From Octopus bimaculoides (lineage: Eukaryota): DNA of 64,000 nucleotides. Location: positions 15,711,328 through 15,775,327 of the forward strand of contig NC_068995.1 of assembly GCF_001194135.2 (NCBI RefSeq). The letters are read 5' to 3'. The notes under the pieces are model-generated. The model made no database searches. It saw only the letters and a program-made list of their open reading frames with translations, and was not told the DNA's origin. Position 1 is the stretch's first letter; the number at the start of each line of letters is the position of its first letter. A program made the translations under genes and the position numbers. Shown piece after piece: positions 11,944-23,996 of the stretch.

Positions 11944-12203
11944 TGTATGTACAGGACTCCCTCACCATATCGCGTTTCACCCATCGCGGTTTATTATTTA
12001 AGCTTAAGTCGATTCCTCCGCGGTGTTGTTTTGTATTCATAATAAAATTAATATATACAAATTATAAAAAATAATACAAAAAAATATAGTACCGTACTGT
12101 TTCTACTTCGCGGATTCTCACCTATCGCGGTGGGGGTGGGTGGAGTGTAGTACTCGCGATAGTCGAGGGATTACTGTATACATTTTCAAGAAATGAATGA
12201 TCA
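11799..12203 (+). repeat. 405-bp direct duplication, copy 1 (copy 2 at 13746-14156)
   Basis: Base-by-base match from AGGCACAAACC to GAATGATCA; about 12 substitutions plus a 6-nt (TA)n length difference. Confidence 0.95.
11952..12176. mobile_element. Tigger/pogo-type MITE (copy 1)
   Basis: TIRs CAGGACTCCCTCACCATATCGCG / CGCGATAGTCGAGGGATTACTG with TA on each side (11950-51, 12177-78). Confidence 0.88.
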
Positions 12204-13234
12204 CGTACCAGTTTCAGTCATGGCTTTGCGTTACACGAAGTAGACAATTGTAGCAAAGGTGGGAGGTAGGAATTAGTGTCTCTTCACGTATGTTAAGTCA
12301 GCGGTATGATATCGATTCCCGATATCGAATCTCTATTTGAACTACTTCAATAAACTTTATTCACTGACGCCAGTTAAAAAGAAGTTGAGTGTCTCTCTCT
12401 CTCTTTCCCTCTCTCTTTCAGTCTCTCCTGGGAATTTAAAGACTAACGAAGACAAGCAACGTGAAACCACTCCAGTCACTCTGTTCTTTGGCATCGTGAC
12501 AAAACAGGCTCAGAAGAGTCGACGAGTAAACATAGACGTGGTCACGTTATCTGTTAGAAATAACAGCGAAATTTTCCTCAAATTCCATCGTACCATCTAT
12601 AAAATTTAAGTGGACATTAAATAATGTTATCTTAGATGCATTGTCAGAAAATTAAACACGAAATGTAGATGTGTATAAATGGAATGCACGTGATAATTGG
12701 TATGCTCTAGCTGGAGCTACAGAACACCATGAACATTACTACTNNNNNNNNNNAAATCGTTGGAATAAGCATCAAACTAAAAAAAAAAAAAACTGTTGGG
12801 ATTGACTTGGTCGACTAAAACACTTCGAGGCAGTGCTCCAGTATGGTCGTAGTTCGAATGACTGAAACGAGTAAAATATAGAGAAGAAATAGTATATAAG
12901 CTCAAGGCACAAGATTACTGAATTGCTGACACCAAAATATTCTATTTCTGAAGCAAAAGCCGAATTTCTTTGTCCTGAAGGCAATGAAAGAAATATTTAA
13001 TTTAAGTGAAAGTGCAATAAAATAACCTTCTGTCATTATTGGCTGTGGGGAACAATATTTGATTGCATTAGTCTTAACGGAACACGATGACGTAATTATT
13101 ACGTTTGAGAAGATCCAGTAAATTTATTTAACGGCAACCGAACACTGAGAACATACAGAAATGAGAAGCTAATTGCTGATGGTAGGACAAGATAATCCTT
13201 CGGCTATCAACTGACTCATCTGTGTCTTTCTATG

Positions 13235-13454
13235 GTTCTTATCTTTTACTTGTTTCAGTTATTGTACTTCGCGTATGCCTGGGGCTACTGCATTGAAGGT
13301 TTTAGTGGAACAAATTGATTCAATACTCAGCTTTGAAGTATAGTATTTATCTTATCGGCCGGTTTGGCCAAACCATTATGTTATGGAAACGTAAAGGGAC
13401 CTACGCCAGTAATCAGACTATGAGGAGGACATGCAGAAATACATACATATGCAC

Positions 13455-13496
<42 letters not shown>

Positions 13497-13645
13497 GACC
13501 GTGTTCTACGCAGTTTACGTCTCCCAAATTCAGTCCCAAGGCTTTGGTCGGCCTATGGCTATAGTATAAGACACTTGCACCAGGTGGTGCACAGTAGACT
13601 GAACTCGAAAGCCCGTTGGTGCAAAGCGTACTTCTTAAACATACC
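13235..13645 (-). mobile_element. SINE family 3 copy
   Basis: Reverse complement of the family 3 consensus with internal (TA)n. Confidence 0.8.
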
Positions 13646-13696
13646 TACACACACACACACACACACTTATTTAAAGGACACAATACACGCTTTTAA

Positions 13697-13751
13697 GTGC
13701 TACCAATAGTTTCATATGCTGAGAAAAACCTCAAACATATTCATCAGGCAC
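13697..13751 (-). ncRNA. Minimal type-I hammerhead ribozyme motif, intact core
   Basis: Minus strand: GUGC CUGAUGA AUAUG-uuugagguuuuucucag-CAUAU GAAA CUAUUG GUA GCAC. Helix I GUGC/GCAC; core CUGAUGA and GAAA; helix II AUAUG/CAUAU extended by UGAG/CUCA; helix III A-U, C-G, U-G; cleavage triplet GUA. Confidence 0.8.
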
Positions 13752-13854
13752 AAACCACGTATAACGAACTATAAAAAGATGAATGAGAGAAGAAACGTTA
13801 AAAAACCGAGATGGCAGTACTTTTTTTATTGAATTTTCTATCATGGAACTGTGC

Positions 13855-13896
<42 letters not shown>

Positions 13897-14156
13897 TGTA
13901 TGTACAGGACTCCCTCAGCATATCGCGTTTCACCCATCGCGGTTTATTATCTAAGCTTACGTCGATTCCTTCGCGGTGTTGTTTTGTATTTATAATAAAA
14001 TTAATATATACAAATTATAAAAAATAATACAAAAAAATACAGTACCGTACTGTTTCTACTTCGAGGATTTTCACCTATCGCGGTGAGGGTGGGTGGAGCG
14101 TAATACTCGCGATAGTCGAGGGATTACTGTATACATTTTCAAGAAATGAATGATCA
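13746..14156 (+). repeat. 405-bp direct duplication, copy 2
   Basis: See 11799-12203. Confidence 0.95.
13905..14129. mobile_element. Tigger/pogo-type MITE (copy 2, duplicated together with its flanks)
   Basis: Same TIRs, TA TSD and flanks as 11952-12176. Confidence 0.88.
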
Positions 14157-14214
14157 GAGGCAAAAAGTATTTTTAGCTTCAAGTCAGCTACCTTTGCTTC
14201 CATACATATTGTAT

Positions 14215-14575
14215 GATCGTATGTATGGCTAAGTGTTTAAGAACTTCTCTTCGCAATCTTAAAGTCCTTTACCTCCATTCTCGTGCAAGTGTCGTTGTTA
14301 TTGCCTCCCACCGTCTCAACCCTCGTAAATGAAAGATGGTAGGCGGAAAGTGCGTGGAAATCCTGCCAAATGTACAGAAGCCTGTTGGATGTATATTTCT
14401 TGTAATTCAAATGTTAATTCTTGCCACGTATTTTGTCCTACTGATTTGACCTAAACGTTTCGTTAAGGGTACACATATCTACGGAACCCTCAGTCAGTTA
14501 TACACTAATTTAACGAATCGAACATACAGTTGATCAAACAAATGAATGTGCATCGCCGAAACCAACGGAGGATCC
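14215..14575 (+). mobile_element. Old SINE, head C + tail Y (very degenerate)
   Basis: GTATGGCTAAGTGTTTAAGAACTT..GCAAGTGTC head; CGTTAAGGGTACACATATCTACGG..CTCAGTCAGTTATACACTAATTT matches tail Y. Confidence 0.5.
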
Positions 14576-17500
14576 ATCATATACCGCATCAAATATCACA
14601 TCATTGTACTTGTCATCCATCACTAAATCACTTGTGTCTGATTTCAGGACAGTATACATTCTATTTCTAGCAGTTCAAGCGACCATGTACAGGCTTCTAC
14701 GTTGGCTCATATATGGGGTCATTATTCAAGGATCGTTCATTAATCATCATAGTATATTGCTGTTGAATCAAACACGGGATTTCCATAGGGATCCGTTGAA
14801 AATTGCGGTATGTGCACGGTTGCAACGTCTTTGATCATTTGTCTGTTCAGTCGGCAGAAACTGCATAATTAATTCCTTTCATTGCAACAGCGATCGGAAA
14901 GGGTTATCATATTATTGTTGTTGGTGTTGGTCGTGATGTTTATAGCTGCAAGTCAGCTCTTATCGATTAGATCTATGATCAAAATCATTTCTTTCATGAC
15001 CATCCTGTAATTAAATTTTTGCATATCTAGTACTAAATCGTGTTCTTTCCTGGTTTAAGACGGTGCAGTGTGATTTGAGTGCGATTTGGCTGTTATATTT
15101 TGAACAATGACCGACCTTGTAATGGCTCGGATGTTGCTCTATGAATTATAATAGCAAATCATAATTCATGTTGCCTTTCGACTCTATTATTCCTCCGATA
15201 TCATAATTGGGGAGATTACATGCTGGCCTTCATTAACATACTCAATGATTGCATTTTGCTGATTAGTGCGCGGTTTCTATTTGATCTATCGCAACTTAGA
15301 TGAAACTTTTCCTCGCCAATCTTGGAATCAAGAATGGATTTATTCTGGCCCGTTTCCAAGTGATTAAAATATTTAATTAAAATGCAGTACAACGAATGTT
15401 GTAATAAATCAAGAGAGATAGACAGGTATTAAAAAGCAAAGCAAAGCAAAGAAAAACTAAAATGTCTTTAAAAGATTTCACGATAATTCAGAACGTTAGT
15501 GTTGAAGTGATGATAAAGTATTTCTGTTCAAGTATGGAAGCCAATTTGTGACAAAAACGGGAGTTATGCAGTACTTGTAGAAATGTGTTACAGAAATGCA
15601 TTTTCTAGGACTACAAATTAAAGACAGAAGAGGGTAAAACAAATAATAATAGCTTCATATGGCTCTGAAGAATTTACTCGGCTTTTGTAGATGTTAGGGT
15701 TGAATATTTGAAAGGAAAATGAATTGGTCTCTCCGCATTTTATCATTTAAAGAATAACACATGGAGTGTTGTAATACAGATGCATTTCCCAACGGTAATA
15801 ACACTTCAAAGACAGTAAATTAATTTTAGTTGGAAACCGGAATCGGTTGGAAGTTTATCTCTTATTCTACGGCAAACGAGTAAAAAATGGAAATGGTTGA
15901 AGAACGTGATACTGTAGGAGGTAATAATATTATAAACATATTCCGGCCAGTTTGTTAGAATAAATCTTACTTTTTATACAATATGTAGCAATTTGCTTTC
16001 GTTTATATATTTTGTTTGTTGAAAGATTTTCCAGGGGGTATCACCCTTCTCAAACATATTGCATTTTAGAAATCTATTCAGTCTAAAATTGGCGGACATC
16101 TGAGAGAAATTACAAAAGCTAAACGCGTTTTCGCTTTCCCTTTTTTTATATCTTCTGTTAGCAATAGAGTGTTATTTTAACAAAGTTTCTTTGTTCAGAA
16201 GATTAAATCAATATTTAAATCTGCATTCCGCTTGTATTCTATTACATTTCAAGTCGGCACATGATGTGCAATTTTATATGAATTATAGCGAATCTGGGTG
16301 TTTTTTAAATAAATAGCTGTAGCTTACAAAAACTCTATTACGGTCTGAAAATTATGGATAACAAAAGAATTATACAAAACAAGATGGTATATTAAAAGAG
16401 AAAAAGAAAGAACAATTGTATAGTAACTAAAGCATAACACGTATAAAACAAAAACAAAAAAAAAAGTTAAAAGTCAGAAAATAATTCCTGTAGCTATTAA
16501 GATATTCAGATCACTTATTCCGGTTGAATAAATAAACAAAAGAGTTCCTATAATCCCCAGCAGATCGCTTCGCCAATTATCCGACGTCATTTTTATTCAT
16601 TAATAAAATAATGGAACGACAAGAACAACAAGATCAACAATAATGACGAAAACATCAATAATATTAATAACAATAATATCAACAATAACAATAGATATGA
16701 TTGTTATCGTCTGCTTTCCAAGAACATCGTACTGCTGCATATCAGCTTTATATTTTAGCGGTTCTATTAGTGAATACTCTTAATAGATGAAATGGCAAGC
16801 TACGAAATAGAATGAAGAGATGAAATTGTGGGCTGGTGTCCAGTTTTAGAAAAAAAAAATCACATAAACGAAAACCAACCAAACAAAAGGAAACTTGATA
16901 TTGATTTTTTTTTACACTAGTTTACGGAAAAGAACAGTAAAATTTGTTTTATAAATCTATGAACTACTAATGTTAGCAAAAAAAAAAAGCAGTAGAATAT
17001 AAGGACAAATTTAATTATTAGCCTGGAACTAGCAAGACTGAGTTAAACATTAAGTAAATCGGTTATAATTTCTAGTCATAAAAAATAGCTTTGTTGCACC
17101 AAAGCTATTTTTTTCTCTCTCAAACACTGTATTATGTCATCAGATATATTTCTTCTTGACAAGAAACACGAATAGAATTACATGATAACGACAGATCTGA
17201 AATGCTTTCATTCTCGACCAGTACTAGATTAATGGTAGACATCTAACAGTAAACTGAGATGACAACGAGTATCGTGTCATAATAAGCATTGTAAAATGAC
17301 AAATGTAGCAATCCCCTCAGTCTTCAAATAAGTCGTGCTGATTTGAGTTATGGTTCTAAAATGGTGTTCTGGGGGGGGGGGTGAGGTGCTTGGTGTTGGA
17401 TTGGAATATAAATAAGATGTGTATTGTTTGACAGAGACATAGATACAGGAACTTAAAATACAATACTGAAAGTAGTGACGTAATAAAACAACAGAAAACG

Positions 17501-17894
17501 AGTGCTATACTATAAGTAGACAAAATCATAAAAACTACACTAAAAATTTTATTTTTAAGTTCTTTTCTATACAGTCTCGGTCAATCTACAACCATAAATC
17601 AACTACAATAGAAGCTCACAGAATAACTTGAAATCATTGGTTAAAAACTAACAAAAATTCTCATCAATTATAGATTGATATAAGAGCCGCGAGTTACACG
17701 TGTTTTGCATACATATTTCCAGCTTGGTTAGCTGAGTTGTTCAGAGTCAAGTACATTGGCTACAAATATATTGTCGTACTGAGGAGGGAACTGATGTTAC
17801 TGATTTATCGATTGGTCGTCCTCCATTCTACCGAAACTCCAGCTGTTCTAGTAAATAATTATGGAGATAATATTATAATAATTGATATATAATA

Positions 17895-18135
17895 GGTGCA
17901 GCCATGTTTGTGTGATCAATAAGCTCGCTTTGCAACCATGGGATTTCCGGTTCAGTCCTACTGCAATCTACCTTGGGCACGTGTCTTCTACTATAGCACC
18001 TGGTCGATCAATGCCTTCCGAGTGAAATTCTATACAATTTCTATACAGAAATTGTATAGAAGCCCCCCCCCCCGACGCACACACACATACACACATGTAT
18101 ATATGTGTGTGTTTTGGTGTGCATGTATGTGATTG

Positions 18136-18174
<39 letters not shown>

Positions 18175-18265
18175 AAATGTGCCTTTGTGTTTGTGTTTGT
18201 TCCTACTATTGCAATTGGATTCGATAGAATAAATACTGGTGTCCAGCTGTTCGGCGAAATCTTCA
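17895..18265 (+). mobile_element. SINE family 3 copy
   Basis: Head C, CCTTGGGCACGTGTCTTCTACTATAGC, internal (CA)/(GT) tract. Confidence 0.8.
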
Positions 18266-18469
18266 AATCGATGCACCAAAGAGTGAAACAAGGAATTGAA
18301 AAAATTAAAAGAGGTCTCATCAGCCATGATAAGCAGATAGTAGATTTGTTTATAAGTTTCCTCAAGAAAACAAAAATTGGTTCATTAAAATTTTATCAAA
18401 ACATTGACCTAAGACTTACCTATAGATTATAGATCTGATGTTGATAAAAAAAAAAAAGAAAAGAAGAAA

Positions 18470-18673
18470 CGGTCCTTTTCGGACCACAGATTCAGATGGC
18501 CGGTATCCGGAATTCTGTGGCGTACATGGACGCCCTACATGGACGGGTCGGCAGTTCGTCACAGGATTACTCATTTTTGTTAGCTGAGTGGACTTGAGCA
18601 ACGAGAAATGAAGTGTTTTGCTCAACGCATCGAAACCACAATCTTCTGATCATGAGTACAACACTCGAAACAC
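18470..18673 (-). mobile_element. tRNA-derived SINE, head B + tail X
   Basis: Reverse complement: CTCATGATCAGAAGATTGTGGTTTCGAT..CAAAACACTTCATTTC..GTCCACTCAGCT..AATGAGTA, then a tail matching 19990-20100. Confidence 0.7.
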
Positions 18674-19804
18674 AAATACGCAACTCTATATTGTTGTAGC
18701 TGAGCCTCATTTAAGCCCCAAACTGAGTAGAATTATGATCAAAGGCGTACATGTCAGACCGTTCCATTTATTTTTGTCTACCTAAAACTAATCCAAAGAG
18801 AACTTCTATTTCACGATAAAAATTAATGAACGGAGGAGATTTGTTGCTGTTTCCAGCAGGTCGAGTAACCTCGAAGAAGCTCTTTCTTATTATATAACAT
18901 CATCGCATTGTAAACTCGTAGCCAACCAAATAAGCCGTTTCGATTCGACACTTAAGCTATTTGGATTATTTTGAAAATGCGTTGTTGAAATGTATAAACA
19001 GTTGCAATTTCCTTTCTTCCCGCTGTGAATTCAGTAGCACTGACGTTCTGCTGATTGTTACTTCTGATAACAAAAGGTGACAGGATAGACACTACCTAGC
19101 GTAAGATAAATGATAATTATGTATCGCTTTTTTCTGCCTTTTTGTTTAGAACAAAGAGCGTTGGATAGACAAACACTGTAACTCTACGTTCAGATTTCAA
19201 CGAGCTCAACCTTGGCCTTTAATCTTTCGCGGTCGGTAAGGAAGGTATCAGTTAAGGACAGTGGGTTGACAAAATTGTTAGATCCCCGAACAAAATGGCT
19301 GAGTGGTAACTGTGCAGGATTATTAGACATTTTGGCGCAGCCGTTTTTGGCACCACATATTGGCGTCACTGGTTCGTCACTGAATTATTTGACAGACGTT
19401 TTCATATTTTATTCATTCTCATATTTCTCTCGTTCTCTCTACCCCTCCCTCTGTGTGTGAGTGTCCGCCTCTCTGTCTCACTGCGTGTGTGTGACCATCT
19501 AATTATTTTTGTATGTTTAATGTCTCTTTCTTTCCATCTCTCTTTCTCTCTTTCTGCTCTACTCCATCACTCTGCGTATGTTTCATCACATGTGCGAGCG
19601 TATATGTGTGTGTGTGTGTTTTGGGTGCGCGCGTGCATGCGTGTGTTCGCCTCCAGTGTCAAAATGAACTGTCACCGGAACAGGTTGAATGTTGAGCCAA
19701 ATCATCAGCTTCTACACAGCCGCACCTAGTCCTCACATTCCATCTATTCCGGACCTTTGCTTTGTGACAACAGTAATTTTGATGGCACTAGTGTCAAGCT
19801 TGTG

Positions 19805-20107
19805 GAGGCACATGGCCTAGTGGTTAGAGCGACGGACTCGCGGTCGAGGGATTGCGAGATCGAATCTCAGACCGGGTGATGTGTGTGTTTATCAGCGAAA
19901 CACCTAATGACCACGCGGCTTCGGCAGAAGATAATAGCGAACTTCTGCTGACTATCGCCACAACTTTGACTCACTCTTTTTTCCTGCATCTAGCAGCTCA
20001 CCTCCGATGGACCGGCGTCCCGTTCAGGTGAGGGACCTATACGTCAATGAAACCGGGAAACCAGCCCTTATGAGCCAGGGATGGCTCGAGAAGGAACAAA
20101 TAACAAC
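19805..20107 (+). mobile_element. Full-length tRNA-derived SINE, head A + tail X
   Basis: A box TGGCCTAGTGG, B-box-like GAGATCGAATCTC, (AAC)-type tail. 15-bp TSD AGTGTCAAGCTTGTG (19790-19804) / AGTGTCGAGCTTATG (20108-20122). Confidence 0.9.
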
Positions 20108-20408
20108 AGTGTCGAGCTTATGAGCTTTGCCTTTCCTTTAATAGTAGAGGGAAAATTTGTATAAAAACCTGGCTCAGGCTTGAAAAGGAAATTTTACGGT
20201 GTAGAGACACAAGTTCAGCTTTGACCGAATTGGGCTTCTTAATTTTGAATTAAAGTACGTATTTCAAACAACCTTGAAACAACATAAAAGCCCCTTGAAG
20301 TATCATTGTGCATAAGGTTTATGTGTATATAAATGTGGGACAGCACTAACTGTAATATTTCTTCTCAGAGAAAATTTCTGAGAGAAACCTGTGTTAAAGA
20401 CACAGAGC

Positions 20409-20457
20409 TTCATTCAGACACCGTTTTTCGATCTGGTTTGATCTCCTCAGTGACGAA
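20409..20457 (-). ncRNA. Degenerate minimal hammerhead motif (copy A of inverted pair)
   Basis: Minus: UUCGUCA CUGAGGA GAUC-aaacca-GAUC GAAA aacggu GUC UGAaUGAA. Core and helix II intact; two extra A residues disrupt helix III. Confidence 0.6.
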
Positions 20458-20553
20458 TAGCTCGGACTAGCTTCCATACAAACCAGTAAATGCTTTGTTT
20501 TCCAATTTCTATATGGGAAAATGTGTTTTCGGTTTAGCTCAGAACGCCTGGTG

Positions 20554-20600
20554 TATTCGTCAATGAGGTGACCAAACCAGATCGAAACAGTGTCTGGTGA
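20554..20600 (+). ncRNA. Degenerate minimal hammerhead motif (copy B of inverted pair)
   Basis: Plus: UAUUCGUCA AUGAGGU GACC-aaacca-GAUC GAAA C-agu-GUC UGGUGA. Helix III and GUC intact; core mutated at two positions. Confidence 0.5.
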
Positions 20601-20659
20601 TTCACCGGAGTTCTGACAACATGTTAAAGCCAGTGCTGTTCCGCATTTGTATACACATA

Positions 20660-20876
20660 TGAGAGGGTGCTGAAAAGTTCCTGGCTTTGGGTAAAAGAAA
20701 ATATTGGAAGATAGTTAATTATGATTTTACTCAACATATTCTCCTTTCAGATTCATTCTCTTATTGGAGCGATCCTTCAGTTTTTTTCTAATCTTTGTAA
20801 AGCAACTCGGAACGTTGAGCCTCCAGCTAGCCTTTCGCGATACACTTAAAACCAGGATATTTTCAGCAAGAAGTCG
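20660..20876 (-). mobile_element. Mariner-derived MITE (copy 2, same family as 5313-5525)
   Basis: TA-TGAGAGGGTGCTGAAAAGTTCCTGGCTTT ... AAAACCAGGATATTTTCAGC..TCG-TA; interior is the reverse complement of copy 1. Confidence 0.88.
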
Positions 20877-21264
20877 TAAATGTTACATATACTACCATCT
20901 GTGGTTCCATTTTACTATACTTGAATAAAATAAAAGGAGCAAAAGCGGAAAGTGGTCGCTAGCGAATATTTTCATAAATTTGCGTGATCAGAGCTGACAT
21001 AGGCGGTGGACAGCGGTGACGATAATAACAACAAGAACCACAAAATCCCAGTTCGGAATTGAACAGACCATTGTTCATTGGCCGTGATATGATTGAAATG
21101 TTATCGATTAGTTCATAATAGTATACCTCTAATCAGACTTTATTCCGTTAATTACAATTAGTGAGATCAACGTTCGATGATGGAGTTAGCTTTTAATCGA
21201 GTCTTAATTACTGTTGAGTTGCTTTTTTTTCAACATTTTTATATTTCTCCTCATAATTTAGGCT

Positions 21265-21590
21265 AATCGTGATGATGATGGTGATGATCATATTGCTGCT
21301 GCTGATTTAGATGACGCTAGAGATCATGATTCTAATCACTCAATGGTAAGGATGGTAATGCTAATAAGAACGGTGATGCTGCTGTTGATGATGCTAATAG
21401 TGATGAATATGTGATGTTGCTGATGATGGTGATGGTGGTGATCGTAATGATGGTGATGGTGGTGATCGTAATGATGGCGACGATACGATGATTGCGACGA
21501 TGTCGAATATGTAATGATGCTGATGATTGCAATGGTCATGATGATGATAGCGATGGACCTGTTGGTTATAGTGATATTGATGCTGATGCT
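21265..21590. repeat. (GAT/GGT)n trinucleotide low-complexity tract
   Basis: Direct reading; includes a tandemly repeated GATGGTGATGGTGGTGATCGTAAT block. Confidence 0.85.
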
Positions 21591-21994
21591 GACAAAATTG
21601 TGAAAGCGATCTTGTATGTGTATGTATGTATGTGTGTAGGAGCGCGTGAGAAAGAGGGAGAGAAAGAAAAGAGGCTGCGGCGGAGAATTTCTAGAACTCT
21701 TGTAGTGTCTCTTCTTGACGAGAGTCAGAGACAAATGGATGAGGTTAATAAGATTAATGCCGCTGATCTTCTAAAATTCAATGGCTGCTGCAACCAGAGA
21801 GGATGAAGTGCACTCTGCTTGAGGAAAGAACGATTGGATATTGTGTTTAGTTTGAGTTCTAGGTAAGGGTGACACAGACCGACTAGAGTAGAAAGAATGG
21901 GGAATCAAGTAGATTTAATATATATTTCTTTTGAGGAATCAGTTTTAAGGAGGTTTTGCGTCCTGTGTATATCTGTATGGATGATAACCATTTG

Positions 21995-22150
21995 TACTAA
22001 AGGTCTGAAATTTTGGAGGAGAGAAGTAATCGATTACGTCGCCCCAGGTAAAGTCGACTTCGGCGGAATTTGAACTCAGAGCTTAAAGACGAGCGAAATA
22101 CCACTATGCACTTACTCTGGTATGCTGATGATTTCGCCAGCTTTGCCGCC
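21995..22150 (-). mobile_element. SINE family 1 copy with internal deletion
   Basis: AAAGTCGACTTCGGCGGAATTTGAACTCAGA matches the reverse-complement consensus. Confidence 0.8.
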
Positions 22151-23253
22151 TTTTCTGTATTAAAGATGATGTCAGTGGTGATGAGGATGAGGAGGGTTCT
22201 GTCGAGTGACTGGTTTGGGGAATGAGCTTAGTTTAGGTTTTAGACGAGGAAACATAGAAAGAAAGAGGAATAAAAAGTGCAGGTGAAACAGGCAGATTCA
22301 AGTGGCGTGGGAGAAGTGAAAGGAACATATATAGATAAGAGTTCCTGTATTAAAGTTACTCAAGAATGAGAAGCTGATTGTTGTTTCAGCCTACAGGTTA
22401 GCCCTGTAAAGGAGACAGATAAAGGACGAAAATTGTGACTGGCTCGTTTCGTTTTTCAGGAACAGTATATCTAGGACTACATTATTCAATAGTGTCTGTC
22501 TGTTAGTGCTTTGAAAAAGAGATTTCAAGGAGATTTGGCTGCTTTTGTTTACAGATCGAGCAAACGTAAAGGGCTCCCTCGGTGTTTTGAAGGTAAGATT
22601 GAGCCTGCCTGCCTGCCTGCCTGCCTGTGTGTACGAGATTAATAAAATCAAAGTCTATGTGGTCGTTGTTGGTTTTGCTTTAAGGTCAACTGATTGGACA
22701 GAGGCATGGTCAAAAGCATTCTTTTCATCTATCCTTTCATTTACCTGGTATTACGATATACAATGTGACCTTCATTTTTGAAGACAGAATGCTGCTATTT
22801 TATGAAATTTAGTAGCTACTTCAAGCGGGTCGAACGACCACATACAAGCTCATTCTTCGTTTCGCAGAATTGAGGTAATCTCAAAATCAGCATTCCTGCT
22901 GATAACCCCTATTTCATTCACCCCTACTTTAAGTCGATAACAACTTTTTAAAAAGCATTAAGATCACATAATCATCGTAACTCCCTCATATTAATGTTAG
23001 AAAATATGTCTCAGCTAGAAATCAATATAATAGTTGTATTTTCGCAACAAACCTATGTTAGCTACTCGTACAATTCTGTAATAATAGGTTACCAAATGTT
23101 TTCATAGCAACCAGAGCGTTCGATGTAAGGAGGAATAAAAGAATCAGAACCAAAACTAAAAACCACATCGTTTGACAAATGGGATAAGAATTACCACAAA
23201 TCGCATATAAACTGTTCATACGAAGATATACATGATCATGTATGTATGTATAC

Positions 23254-23301
<48 letters not shown>

Positions 23302-23996
23302 NNNNNNNNNNNNNNNNNNNNNNNNNNNNNNNNNNNNNNNNNNNNNNNNNNNNNNNNNNNNNNNNNNNNNNNNNNNNNNNNNNNNNNNNNNNNNNNNNNN
23401 NNNNNNNNNNNNNNNNNNNNNNAATTCATATTCATATGAACAAGTATATATATATATATTGTTGTATATATTATTTAGTATATTATATTACATGTACACA
23501 TAGAAGGGCTTACTTATATAAAGACACGCACACTAACACACATACCATACACACATATACTTGTACAGAGAGAAATAATATATATGAGTGGTAGATTATT
23601 TATGTTGATGGAATATAGATTAGTGGGTGGCTAAAGAGTTAGTATGACTTGTAAGACAAAAATATTTGCAAGGTTACACAAAATTCCAAGACATTTGTTA
23701 TGTGAAGTGAATAAATAACATATGCTCATATTAACGAAGGTAGAAGGTCTCGGAGGGTGGGCGTCGGGTGAAGCAGTTGACAACTCTCATTTGCAACGAC
23801 TCTGAGAAACTGGAAGTGAAAGAGTTATCTGCATCTATCTGGAGAAGACTGACAGGTTGTTAACAGAACGCCTGGAATAGTAATTAGAGATCTCATTGCA
23901 AGACCTGTGACGTAAGCTAATCTAAACATCTGTGTTGAGATGACAGTGCTATTAAATGTATATTTAAATATACATTCAATATTTGGAAAACGGAAG

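Noticed and set aside
17775-17840. CTGAGGA...CCGAAAC hammerhead-like spacing
   Set aside because: No convincing helix II, and no NUH/helix I pairing.
21336-21806. His-rich (minus) and Asp-rich (plus) ORFs
   Set aside because: Translation of a (GAT/GGT)n tract; no domain or splice evidence.
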